Source of the DNA: Octopus vulgaris
Taxonomy: Eukaryota
Reading direction: 5' to 3'
Assembly (NCBI GenBank): GCA_951406725.2
Contig: OX597816.1
Span: forward strand, 161,944,001 to 162,008,000
DNA length: 64,000 bases
In this document: positions 12,361 to 25,774 of the stretch, one piece after another
Numbering within the stretch: the first letter of the stretch is position 1
How the letters are laid out: each line of letters opens with the position of its first letter
Notes under the pieces: model-generated
The model's database searches: none
Told to the model about the DNA's origin: nothing
The model's input: the letters and a program-made list of their open reading frames with translations, nothing else
Position numbers and translations under genes: made by a program

Positions 12361-14653
12361 TACAAGAAAAACGTAGGATTATATTCATATATCGAATAGT
12401 CAGACCTACGAACAAGGACCTTCTATTCGTGAACATCGCATATACATCTTAGGTGCAATTTCCCCAAGTCCACATAAATCACTGTATTCTTTTCGAATAA
12501 GGTAGAGTGTAATTAGAAGGATTTTTGTGTGTTATATCTGTTATTGGTTGCTCTTTAGAGCAATGTTTACACCTATGGACCCTAAAATTTATATCATGTG
12601 GTGCTAGGAATTCAAATTACACTTCATCTGCCTTTTAGTGACACAATAGATGCCCTAATAGGAACAATTGTGCTGGATTTACAAATGGTTGGACATAAAT
12701 ACCGATATAGAGGCTTCCTCATTAACCTTCGTTTTAATTCTTTCAGTATCACAACAAATATTTTAATGAGGGGATCTGGATTTACAAATTCTCTTGTTAA
12801 TTCTCGATTGAAACTAATCATCTCATTTACTAATCTACGAATTTTCTAGATACAAGACAATAAGTTCCATAATTCTGTAACCCATTCTACATTTGTTTTT
12901 GCGGAGTGCGGTGTCTTCGTTAGAAGTGCTTTATAACAACTCCGTAAGTTATTGTTTAGCAACAGGTCAACTCGATCAAGTAGATATAGGGTCAAAGGTC
13001 TTCCAGTCGTGACCATCCCATCTTTTATCAGCAATCTGGGACTACATCATCAAACGTGCCTGAGGCAAGAGAACAGCTACACACATTAATTAATCTCTAA
13101 ATTCTTTGATTAAGTTATAAATATCTAATTTACATTACAATATTTCAGTATCAATGATCAATATTCAAATGTCAAATATCAATATTTGAATCAAAGACAT
13201 CTCATATAGAACTAAAAATCATCACATTTTTAAACATTGCCTTTCAGTCCAGCTACATTTGACGTATATTGAACCCACAGGCCCGAGGAATACACCTGAA
13301 GCAAACTGAATCATTCACAGCAATCTACTCTCTTTTTCTAATTCTTTTCTAATGCAATTCTCTTTCTATTCCTCCACTATTCGTCTTTCTGTCTCCATCT
13401 CCTCCCTCTCTCTGCCTTTCATCTTCCCTCTTATCCTGACAGTTTCACTTTCTCCACCTTTATAGTTCAGTTGACTATTTCTATTTATCTCCCTTTCTCA
13501 TTTACTTCTCCCACACTATATTTTACTCACTTCTCTCTCTCTCTCTTTGTCACCCACTTTTCCCTCTCTCTCTCATGCACTCCGCCTCGTTCTATTTCCT
13601 TATCTCAAATTTATTCCTGTGATAGTGTGTTTTCTTCTCACAATTTACTACCACACCCTTACTTTCACCTTCCGTATCTTCCCACCTCCTACATCTATCT
13701 CATTCTCTCTTGCACCTAATAGCATTGGTCTTCCAACGTTACATTATATCACACACACACACACGTGTCTTTGTGCATATGCGCGCGCACACATACACAC
13801 AACATGCATACATACATACATACATACATACATACATACATACAGACAGACAGACAGACACGTATATATATATATATATATATATATGTATTTTTAAATA
13901 CATGCATACATATATATATGTTTGCATACATACATATATATATGTATGTATGTTTGTATACATATGTTTGTGCATATATATATATATTTTGCATACTTAC
14001 ATATATATTTATATATATATATATGTTTAGATACGTATGTATGTTTGTATATTATTACTTCTACATCTTGTATTTCCGTGTGTATTTCTTCCACGCACGC
14101 GCAAACACACACATTACCCCACCTCTTCATATTCTGTCCCTTTCTTCCGGGACACTTTTCTGAGTTTATTAACTGTTCTTTCCAATGATACCCCAGCTAT
14201 CTTCCCCTCCTGCGCGTTTGTCTTTGCGCGCGTGTATACGTATGTATGTGTGCGTGTGTATGTGCATACCTGTGTGTATGCGTGTATGTGTGTGTATGTG
14301 TGAAGGTGTGTGTGTATGCGTGAACCTTTATCTTCTTCATCTTTTTCTTACGCTATATCTTTGTTTTCTTTCTCTTTTTATATCTTTCGTTTTCTATCTG
14401 TCTATCTGTCAAACTTCCCTTTCGCTCTGCAAGAATCTCCCTTTCTATCTTTGTCTTTACTCTGTCTTTCTCACTTCATCTCCGATTCACTCTCTTTCTC
14501 TCTCTTTCTTATCCTATTTCTTTTTCCCCCGTCCTCCTCTCATATCTGCTCTCGTTAATTTAACATTGTCTCACGCATTTCTTTCTCTCCCTCTCTGTCT
14601 CTTTTTCAATCCTTCACGTGTATGTAAGTTTGCCTGCACTTGATTTGTGTGTG

Positions 14654-14696
<43 letters not shown>

Positions 14697-15884
14697 GAGA
14701 GAGAAAGAGAAAAAGAGATATATGTAGGGAGAGAAAGAAGAGGGGGCAGTTAAGATAAAAGAGAAGCTATTTCGAATTTCGTTTACAAATCCACATTATC
14801 TTGGATGTTTTGCTAGTCAAGCGGGTTATCTTTCGTTCAGTGAATAGATGGTTTCAGGCCTGTATTAGCACTGTATCTAAACATCAAGACTATGGAAATA
14901 AAATACAAAAAAACCCCCAAAAATACAAAACAAAAAAACACACACACACAAGCAAAAACAAAACAGCAACACAACAAAACACCCAACACACACATACATT
15001 ATACTGAGGAACTCATATGCGTATACAGAGGCGCATGCTCAGATATACAGACACGAGAAATAAAAAGATAGGGAACAGTTGACTTGATAGGAAATCTCCT
15101 CCAGATGTCACAAATAGACAAATTAACTACGACAGATCAACAAAGAGAGTTTTAGTAAACAAGTACACAAACAATGAAAGACACACACACACAAACACAC
15201 ACCAACACACATACACACACATACATATATAATATATATATATATAATTATGAACGAATAAATACAAACAAATTAATAAATTAAAGAACTTTAAGCAACG
15301 TATATATGCATATATACAAGCACACATACAGCCTAAATATATATACATATCTATATACATATGCATATATATATATAGATGGGTGTGTGTATATGTTTAT
15401 GTGCATATGAGGTTGTGTGTGTATGTATATGTATGTATATCTATATATGAATTTAAAAAAAAAAAAGAAAATGTCATCGCTTTAATTTCGTTCTTTTGTT
15501 TTTTGTTTTTTTTTTGTTTTTCTTCGATGAGACTTGGATCTTTATAAGCTGAGGGCTGCTCTTATCAAAGAGCGGAGGTGCTGAAAAAAACAAACGAACA
15601 AACAAGCAGAAGCAACAACAACAAGCAAAACATACACATGCACACATTGAAATATAATGAAGCTAGAGAAAAGAACAAAACAATAACAAAAACAGAATAA
15701 AGTGCGATCTTAAAAAATAAAAAGAATATACAGTGAAAGACAAAAACAAACAAGTTAGATTGTTTTAGAGTGTAGTCTTAGGTACATGTATGCACACATG
15801 TGTTGCATTTTGTCAATTTGTTTGTGATAAATGCATTTTCTGTCTAATCTCAGGTTAGCCAGGTTTAGTAACCTTCTCAGGAGG

Positions 15885-16320
15885 AGATGATGGACCAAAA
15901 GGAGGGGGAGGAAAAGGAGAGGAAGGAGGAGGAGGAGGAGGAGAGGAGAGGGAAGGAAGATGACGAAGGCGGAGAAGAGATAGTAAAAGAAGAAGGAGGA
16001 GGAAAAGGGAACGAATATGATGATGAAGACGATGAGGAAGAAGATAAAGAAGTAAAAGAAGAAGGGGAGAAAGAAGATGAACGAAGAGAAGAATAGATAG
16101 AGAGGGGAGAAGGAGGAGAATAAACAAAAAGGAAGAAGGAAATAGAAGCTGAAGAAGAAGAAAAGGAATCAAAGGTGAAGAAGGAATAAAGAAGAAGCAG
16201 ACGAAGAATGAAACGAAAGGAAGAAGAAGAAGGAGAAGAAAAGACAAGAAGGACAAGGAAAAGGAGGGAAAAATAAGGAGAAAAAGGAGAAGAGGAACAA
16301 AAAAGGGGGAAAGAAATAGC
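15885..16320. repeat. Purine-rich (GAA/GGA)n low-complexity tract
   Basis: Almost entirely G/A on the plus strand; stops interrupt the E/K-rich reading. Confidence 0.85.
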
Positions 16321-16634
16321 TCTTCGTTTTGTGAGTATTAAACAGATGGATGACGCATAGAACTCTTTAATAATAAAAACACAGATAAACAACAACAACA
16401 GTAACAATAACAAAAACAACAACAACAACAACAATAATAATGGTTACGAAAAATGTTAGAAATGGAACAGAGATTTCTTCCTGTTTCATTTGTGAATCAA
16501 ATAAAATAAAAATACAAGTTACAGTTACAGTAAATATTAGCGTATAAATATACAAACTCTCACACACACACACACACACATATATAGCAATCATATACAC
16601 GTACATAGATGCATATCTGCGTATACATAAACAG

Positions 16635-16677
<43 letters not shown>

Positions 16678-16815
16678 TATGTATACATATATATATATAT
16701 GTACATATATATAAATATATATATATATATATAGATATGTATACATATATATATATGTGCATATATATAAATGTATATATATATATATATATATGTTTGT
16801 GTATATGTCTATATG

Positions 16816-16859
<44 letters not shown>

Positions 16860-16979
16860 TATATATAATATATATATATACATATATATAATGTATATAT
16901 ATATATATATATAACATGCATATATATAAATGTATATATATATATATATATATGTATATTTATATTATTTATATATATA

Positions 16980-17025
<46 letters not shown>

Positions 17026-17448
17026 GCAAATATATATATACACGCACATATATACAAATGTATATATATATGTGTGTGTGTTAAATATACATTTAAACAT
17101 TCACTTACGCACCATGATAACACACCATCACACATGTGGACACTTCCCCTTCGTTATTTCCACCAAGAACTCTCTACCTTTCTACCACTCACTCTCTCTT
17201 TCCCTCTTTTCCTCTTTCTTTCTCTTGCTCTCTTTCTTTCTGGACGTCTCTTGTTATTCAAACCTAATTTTAAAAAGGCTAAACCCTCTCAAACAGGCGA
17301 ACCTGTGTATTTTTAAAAAAAATCTTATTTCTACGTCTTCAATAAGAATTGGCGGGGTCTTATCATATGCATTGTAGGGATCTTCTTTTTTTTTTTTTTG
17401 TCCTACCTTCGTTCGTCTTCGTTTGATATTCTTGCGTGCTCCTTGTAG

Positions 17449-17465
17449 ATCATCATCACCACCAT

Positions 17466-17496
<31 letters not shown>

Positions 17497-17520
17497 AGCA
17501 GCATCATCATCATCATCATC

Positions 17521-17569
<49 letters not shown>

Positions 17570-17741
17570 CCAACACAACTAACTCAACCACTTCAACCAC
17601 GACAATGACGACGGCGACTACCACCACCACAACCACCACCACCACCACCACCACCGCAACCACTACCGCCACCACCACCACCACCACCACCGCAACCACC
17701 ACCACCACCACCACCACCACCACCACCACCACCATTCCGCC

Positions 17742-17788
<47 letters not shown>

Positions 17789-17832
17789 ACACCATCATCA
17801 TATTCAACATTATCGTCGTCATTATCATTACT

Positions 17833-17874
<42 letters not shown>

Positions 17875-17880
17875 ATTGTT
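17449..17880. repeat. Compound trinucleotide array (ATC)n-(AGC)n-(ACC)n-(ATC)n-(GTT)n
   Basis: Directly visible. Confidence 0.95.
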
Positions 17881-18140
17881 ATCAAAGGCAGTGATGTCTA
17901 ACCATAGTAGTGCATATCAGCGGGTCGAGGTGCCTACCTTTTTTTGAAACGAACAATAATGTCTGGATTAGCTTAGTTATTTTTTCTTGTTTATCACGAT
18001 TAACTGAATGAATTTTTCTCTGTCTATTTCCTTATCACATCTCTTCTACCCTCTATATCACAGCCCTCCCCCATACACACACACACTTACACATACAGAG
18101 TCAAACGCACACACATATACATATGTATATATGTATATTT

Positions 18141-18171
<31 letters not shown>

Positions 18172-18254
18172 GTAAATAAAGTATAAGGATACATATGTAT
18201 ATATATATACACACATACATTATATATATATATACATATACATACATACATATA

Positions 18255-18285
<31 letters not shown>

Positions 18286-18357
18286 ATGCACAGACATTTA
18301 TATTCATATATGTATAACAACACTCATCAATATGCATACAAATACAAACACACACAT

Positions 18358-18392
<35 letters not shown>

Positions 18393-18456
18393 CACACATG
18401 TGTATATACACGTGCGCCGATTTGTTTGACTTTTATATGAGTGTACATTTATGTAT

Positions 18457-18497
<41 letters not shown>

Positions 18498-18555
18498 TGA
18501 ATGTATATATACATACATCCCAGTGTCACTTTGATGGCATACGCTGTTCTCTCTC

Positions 18556-18612
<57 letters not shown>

Positions 18613-18704
18613 GAGAGAATGGAGTCGAACGACGATTTCTGACGTGAATTTGCTACCCAGGTCGGTTAACCGAATTATCCATACTAGGATAATTCATTCA
18701 ACTA

Positions 18705-18761
<57 letters not shown>

Positions 18762-19269
18762 TGTGTGTGTATGTATATGTGTTTCTATGTATAAGTATGT
18801 ATGTATGAGAGTAAGAGACACATCTCGGAGAAAACGTACCACTAAAGCTATATTATTACACTATGATCTGAGTCTCTATTCACCTTTCGTCTTACATCCT
18901 CGTAAGGGATGAGGAAGTACCAGTAATTCATCACTGCAGTATCAAACACACCTACCCATTTCATGTTATGCGTTCTTAGTTATACATCCCTTTCTCTATC
19001 GTCCATTACGCAATATTAGTCACATGTTTCTTGTGAAATCGACCTGCACAACCATATGGTTAAACATTGAACGTTATAGAGATTTTATAGAAAATAGCTG
19101 AAAAGTATATAGTGAAAGTAGATTGAAACTATGACTCCTCAGTAGTTGCACAGAAATGTTTCTCATCGGATTTATCAAATGTTAAATTGCTATATCTATA
19201 GGTTTGAGTAAATAGGTCAACGCCGATGTTTTACAAATAAAATAAATACGAGAAAGATATCAGTGTAAA

Positions 19270-20000
19270 CTTGAAGTATGAGAGAGAACATGCTTACCTT
19301 TCTTAATGAAATTATTTTCTCTTACTCTTTTCTCTAACTTTACTTGAATCATGATATTTGTAAAATGGGAATATTAAAATTATTTTCATATCGTATGTTT
19401 CTAAATGATTGCTTAATGGGATCTGACAGATATTTTGGTCCCGAATGTGTTGCCGGTGTACACGATGCATTCTGATATTAAATTTCCTGTCTGACCAATA
19501 TATATTTCTTCACAATTCAAGCATCTGATGCAGGAGATCAGATTTCTGCGTTTACAGATCTTATTTGCATTTGGAAATAATTTGAGTTGTTTTTTGTGTT
19601 GGTATACTGACCGTATCTAAGAACTGGTGTATACCATGCAATGCATTTCGGTATCATGAATGTTTTATCATTGTCGTTTAGATCAAATTTTGCTTTTGTC
19701 AATAATTGCTTCTAGATATTTGGCTGCATTTTAATTTGAACATTAATTATGCTCAGTAATTAAAACTTTTCGTTCGTTACTTTGATAATAGGAATATTAT
19801 ATTTGGTGCTGTTAAAAATTTATTCGATGATGAGGATTTTTGTCACTTAAGAAATTAGGATATTCTATTCTTGAACTCTCTTTCATTTTCTATAAGTATT
19901 TGTTTTGCACATTGTAAAACATTTTCTATAAGTTGTGATGGATATTTTTGTTCGAATAGAAATCCCTTGAGTTTTGTGAGTCGTTTGTCCCAGGTATCTA
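19270..20000 (-). pseudogene. Penelope-like element GIY-YIG endonuclease remnant
   Basis: Minus strand near 19400-19560 reads NLISCIRCLNCEEIYIGQTG, then after a frameshift RVHRQHIRDQNICQIPLSNHLE, matching the PLE CxxC-YIGQT..R..H pattern. Confidence 0.72.
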
Positions 20001-20231
20001 TAATACTAATAATATATATTTATATTTTCGTTCATATATTTCTGTATTTGTGTGCGTGCGCGCACGCGTGTATGCAAGTTTGTATGGGTGTGTCATTGAT
20101 TATTTTAGTATATATATAACGTCATCTTTCCGTATTTTGCCTTCTCGTTCATTCTCTGCATTTATTGTGAATTAATGTATATATGTATATATACATATAT
20201 AGACATATATATGTACATATATACATACATA

Positions 20232-20292
<61 letters not shown>

Positions 20293-20379
20293 TAATTCAT
20301 ACTAAATATATTGGGTTACTTGGGGCTGTATTTATGTATAAAGTGAATTAAAGGTAATGCTAATGCTACTTCGTCATAA

Positions 20380-20421
20380 TAATAATAATAATAATAATAA
20401 TAATTATTGTTGTTGTTGTTG

Positions 20422-20510
<89 letters not shown>
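20380..20510. repeat. (AAT)n-(GTT)n-(ATT)n microsatellite
   Basis: Directly visible. Confidence 0.95.
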
Positions 20511-20516
<6 letters not shown>

Positions 20517-20612
20517 TAGAACAAATGGTGAGAGATTACCAATCCAGGTAAATACTTCATAAGCTCTCTGTTGGCACACCGGGCTAACAATATTACTTAC
20601 TTTAGTGAAGAA

Positions 20613-20935
20613 CACATGGCTCAGTGGTTAGAGTGTCGAGCTTACGATCGTGAGGTTGTGAGTTCGATACCCAGACCGGGCTGCGTGTTGCATTCTTGGC
20701 GCAAGACACTTTATTTCACGATGCTCCAGTTCACTCAGCTGTAGAAATGAGTAGCGACGTCGCAGGTACCGAGCTGTATCGGCTTCTCCCTTCGATAACA
20801 CTGGTGGCGTGGAGAAGGCAGGCCGGTATGCATGAGCGACTGCTGGTCTTCCATAAACAACTTGCCCGGACTTGTGCCTCGGAGGGTAACTTTCTAGGTG
20901 CAATCCCATGGTCAGTCATGACAGAAGGGGGTCTC
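20613..20935 (+). mobile_element. SINE family C, full length
   Basis: Colinear with 6052-6385, including the 3' end GGTGCAATCCCATGGTCAGTCATGAC. Confidence 0.85.
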
Positions 20936-21138
20936 AACAGTGAAGAACTCTAGGTAATCTTGAGGTAGAGTCTTGTCGTACATCACAATTCTATATTGCA
21001 AATCAGTGGAGGGGTTCTGTTAATTTTCTTAGGTCGTTCAATTTTCCTCGGTTGAGGAATAGACTAATTGAGTAAGCTTATCAGTAATGTATCCGAAAAA
21101 TGAAAAATATGTAATGACCATTATTTTTGACTTGTCTG

Positions 21139-21178
<40 letters not shown>

Positions 21179-21183
<5 letters not shown>

Positions 21184-21615
21184 AAATACTAAATTTCTAA
21201 ATCTCTTGTAGAGACACGTACGGTGGTGGGGCGTGTTAGATTGACAGTATACAACCATTCTATCGCCCCACCACCGTACATGTCTCTACGAGAGATTTAG
21301 AAATTTAGTATTTCTTATTTTGATAATCAGTGAATAGACTTCACTGAATTATAGATATATACAATACGAAGTCGAGACAAATATCGCCAGCTGACCGGTG
21401 TCTGCTACTCTAGGCCGATGAAGGACAATGATCCTGAAACACGTGTCCCTAGATGCAGCGCCGGCGGCCGGGGTGTTTGTCTCCCTTCGTAAATGTATAT
21501 AAGGACACAGGGAAAAATGTGTCAAAGCCATCAGGAGGCGTCGATGCTTCCTAGGGTTATACAGCGGTGGTGTACCCCCAACTGTCACGTTCGTGTTAGA
21601 TTGACAGTATACAAC

Positions 21616-21623
<8 letters not shown>
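21179..21623 (+). mobile_element. Retrozyme-like / PLE pseudo-LTR element: 360-bp unit with 32-bp terminal redundancy, 55-bp inverted 5' arm and internal hammerhead
   Basis: CGTGTTAGATTGACAGTATACAACCATTCTAT at 21232-21263 and 21592-21623; 21179-21233 is the near-perfect inverse of 21264-21318; (TA)n on both flanks. Confidence 0.75.
21402..21458 (+). ncRNA. Type I hammerhead ribozyme (CCGAUGA core variant)
   Basis: Stem I TCTAGG(21409-14)/CCTAGA(21448-53), extended by CTGC/GCAG; core CCGATGA; stem II AGGA(CAATGA)TCCT; GAAA; palindromic stem III AC-ACGT-GT; GUC triplet ending at 21447. Confidence 0.8.
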
Positions 21624-21661
<38 letters not shown>

Positions 21662-21664
<3 letters not shown>

Positions 21665-21836
21665 TAAGCAGCTACTACACATTTTTTTCTCTCCTTGTTT
21701 CTTTCTGTATTTCTTTCTGTGGAAGAGCGTAGGCTCGAAACGTAAAAGACTTTTTCAAATCCCAAGCGTTATACTAATACATCTATTTGTTTTCTACACC
21801 ACCTGTCCTCGTCTTTTGTTTTTCGTGAATTCCCCT
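21662..21836 (+). mobile_element. (TA)n-flanked HHR mini-element
   Basis: HHR motif 21712-21749 TCTTT-CTGTGGAA-GAGC(GTAG)GCTC-GAAAC-GTA-AAAGA, then CCCAAGCGTTATACTAATAC and CACCACCTGTCCTCGTC. Confidence 0.75.
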
Positions 21837-21852
21837 ATATATATATATATAT

Positions 21853-22053
21853 GACCTCGTGTGTACCGTTGGCGATATGTTTTCCTCTGTCTTCCCTTCT
21901 CTGGATCTTTCCTTCTCCTATGTTTCCGACGAAGAGCTCCGCTCGAAACGTTAAACCCTCCTTCTTCCCTTCTTTCCTGAGCGTCCAATAATACTATATT
22001 TGTTCCACGTCCTCGCGTTGTTGTGTTTTTTTGTGTTTTCTTGTTTGGATTAA

Positions 22054-22056
<3 letters not shown>
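21853..22056 (+). mobile_element. (TA)n-flanked HHR mini-element, second subfamily
   Basis: HHR motif 21922-21956 GTTT-CCGACGAA-GAGC(TCC)GCTC-GAAAC-GTT-AAAC, then CCTGAGCGTCCAATAATAC and CCACGTCCTCGCGTTGTTG; homologues at 50815-50972 and 58015-58203. Confidence 0.75.
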
Positions 22057-22117
<61 letters not shown>

Positions 22118-22457
22118 ATAACAATGCATAATGTATGTCTGTGGCCTTCTTCAGCCGCGCACAACAGCTTCCGCAGGACATACATCAAAAATTCTGGTTG
22201 ATAAATCCTCTCATATATAATATAGCATGAGTTGAAGCGTCCATCTCTTTCTTCTCTCAATGTAGAATGAGGAAAATCCTCATTCTACATTATATCTATA
22301 AAGAGATGGACGCTTCAACTCTATGCTGCTGCCGCATTATGTCGTACGTGGATGAGAGGATTTGCATCCCCAACCAAGAATTTTTGATATATATGATATA
22401 CATACATGTTTGCATAAATATTAATACATATCTAAATATATATAATATATGTATGTT

Positions 22458-22509
<52 letters not shown>

Positions 22510-23154
22510 AGTTATGTAAACAGTTGTTGAAAGCTTGTGTAACACGTGCTCAATTCAAAAGGCAGGGTTAATAATAGTTTTTATCTGAATTTGATACTTC
22601 GAAAGTTACAATGTTTTTCTTCGTAGTTCTGAATCTCAGACAACCGCAAAAATAATGGACAGCATGGCTCCTTTATATAATAATAGATCAGTTTATACCA
22701 CGGATGTGGTATAACAGATCAATTTATATAACAATTCCTTTACATAATATATCACGTGTACCATTTCAGAAAGATTCACAAATATATTAAGAATTACATT
22801 TGACAAAAATACCCAACGATATTTAAAAAGAAATTTGCGAGAAAAGAATGAAGAAATGAGAGAATGACAGAAGTAGACCACAAAATAGATTACGGAATTA
22901 TAAAAAACAATAAGAAAACGATAATAATGAAAACGAAAGGATAATGAGTAAACATGAAAATAGCAAAATAAAAGTATGTACAGTGTGTAAGATTAAGTAT
23001 AACTCCGTGTCTACGTCAGTCGTAAATAGAGATTATACAGCTATAATTCTACATGCAGTGATATAATGAATGCTGTATTTTATCTTCTCTTAAAGTAATT
23101 CATGCCTATAAAAAATCTTGTGAATAAATGAATATAAACCATACTGTAGTATAT

Positions 23155-23395
23155 CAAACAGATGTATTAGTATAACGCTCGGGAATTGAAAAAGTCTTTA
23201 ACGTTTCGAGCCTACGCTCTTCCACAGAAAGGAACACAGAAAGAAACAAGGAGAGAAAAAAATGTGTGTAGTGGCTACCGATCTATCACGCAATGATAGA
23301 TCGATAGCCACTATACACATTCTTTTCTCTCCTTGTTTCTTTCTGTGCTCCTTTCTGTGGAAGAGCGTAGGCTCGAAACGTTAAAGACTTTTTCA
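23155..23395. mobile_element. Head-to-head inverted pair of HHR mini-elements
   Basis: Arms 23187-23288 and 23294-23395 are near-perfect reverse complements with a 5-nt spacer. Each carries CTGTGGAAGAGCGTAGGCTCGAAACGTT (23195-23231 minus, 23351-23387 plus). Confidence 0.85.
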
Positions 23396-23417
23396 TTATA
23401 TATACATTATATATATG

Positions 23418-23488
<71 letters not shown>

Positions 23489-24333
23489 CATATGCATATA
23501 CATACACGAAATTCGCACAGGTTCTGTTCACCAAATTTATTCACAAGACATTAATTGTCCAGGAGGCTAAATAGAAAACACTTGTCCAAGGAATCATACA
23601 GCGGAACTGAACTAGAAGCCACATGGTTGCAGGGTGAAGTGAGCTTTCTTCACCACGCCACTGTTAACAACTCCTATTTCACAAAGCGCAAATGTCTTTT
23701 CCGTCTTTCAGATGATGTATATACCGCTTGCGTTCTACTAAATATAAATTTTCGAAAAATTGCTGAGGCAATAAAAGCTCCTATTGAATGACGTATAATC
23801 TGAATTTGACAAAAAAAAAAAAAGAAAAAGACACAAAATCGACAGACATTAAGTCCTACATTTGACCGGAATCGATCCCATTTTTATGATTATTGAACAT
23901 CGTTAATAACTACGATTGTCTGCTTTATTAACGCCTGGCTAAATTTAGTCTGAAGATAATTTGTTTAGGTTCTGTGCTTTCATTTGTACTTGTCCTTTGA
24001 TTCCTGAGAGTGGAGCGATATTTATTCACTGAGGCAAATTAGTATATTCACTATACCAAACTACATGTGTGTGCGTATGTGCGTATGTGTATATATATAT
24101 AAAGTGTGATAGCTAGATTAATGGATGGATGGATAGACAGATAGATAAGTATATATGCATGCATATACGTGCATATGTGTTTTTACAAAACATTCATAGA
24201 TATACATATATAAGCATATATGTATACATATATAAAGATATATATAGATATATATATATATGCATATGCAGATATATGCATTTCTTAAATCAACTAGCCA
24301 CACACATACATACATACATACATACATACATAC

Positions 24334-24373
<40 letters not shown>

Positions 24374-24561
24374 TACGCACAGATGACAAATATATCCATG
24401 TAAGTATACACGTATGTGCGTATTTACACACACACACGCATATATATATATACACACATATCACATACACACTCACCACACATACACACAATATATACCT
24501 GTATGGATACAAACGTGTGTGTCAGTAGATAAAAAGATAGATAAATAGCTAGCTAGCTAGC

Positions 24562-24593
<32 letters not shown>

Positions 24594-24835
24594 AAGATAG
24601 GTAGATTTACTACGGTGTACTTCAGAGTACAGCCATACATATCTATTATGTATGTTCAATACGCAAACACAGATGCACTCAGTGACATCTGCACAAACAA
24701 TGATCCGCGCACATAAGTACGCTTGTATGAGTGTGTATACGTATGCGTGGGTATCTGTGTGCGTGCTTGTGCATATGCACACCTGTATGTGCAGAGAAAT
24801 GAAAAAATAGAAGCAGAAGGAGTGATAGAGCAAAG

Positions 24836-24870
<35 letters not shown>

Positions 24871-24947
24871 CATATGTTTGTGTGAATGAATATAAATATA
24901 TATGTGTGTATGTGTGTCTGTGTGAGTATATGTATTTATATAAATAC

Positions 24948-24982
<35 letters not shown>

Positions 24983-24986
24983 CTTC

Positions 24987-25037
<51 letters not shown>

Positions 25038-25675
25038 GAGAGAGAGAAGTATAACTATATATATATTTATATACTTACATATATATATATACTTGCATAC
25101 ATGCGTACACACACACGCACACACACACGTACACACGCAAACATTCACACAAACACACACACAAACTCTTAGTTATTATAGTCCTTTCCAGTCAGGTAAT
25201 TGTGCAAGTCACCTAGGTTTCATCACAACTCACATCACATCTCTCTTTGTTTCACAATTTTTCAACTTCTTAATTCACTTCACTAACTTCTCTTTTATAC
25301 CTTCGCCATATGGAATTTTGTCTACCATTAAACACGTATTTATTGGAATTTCTGCTTTTTTGTTATTTTTTTCATTTTTTTCATTTTCTTCCTCAAAGCC
25401 GCCTTCTTCTTGCTTTCTTTGTTTCCCTTTCTCTGTCTCTCCATTTCTTTCTCTCTCTTTGTCTTTCTCTCTCCCTCTATATCCATCTACCTATCTCACT
25501 GCATGTTTGTAGGTATATGTGTGTGTGTTTGTTAGAGGAATGCTATAACGGAACCCTAATCCGGATCCCTAGGTGTGACCTTGGGACCTAATGGTCGACC
25601 AACTACAGCACTTACCCAACGTACCTATTCGTTTAGATCACAAGTGAACTAAGCCCCTCATATTCTATATATATA

Positions 25676-25770
<95 letters not shown>

Positions 25771-25774
<4 letters not shown>

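Noticed and set aside
12400-13100. Possible Penelope coding remnant next to the decayed HHR motifs
   Set aside because: No diagnostic motif could be read with confidence.
15887-16096. Glu/Lys-rich exon
   Set aside because: Part of a GA-rich low-complexity tract that continues through stop codons.
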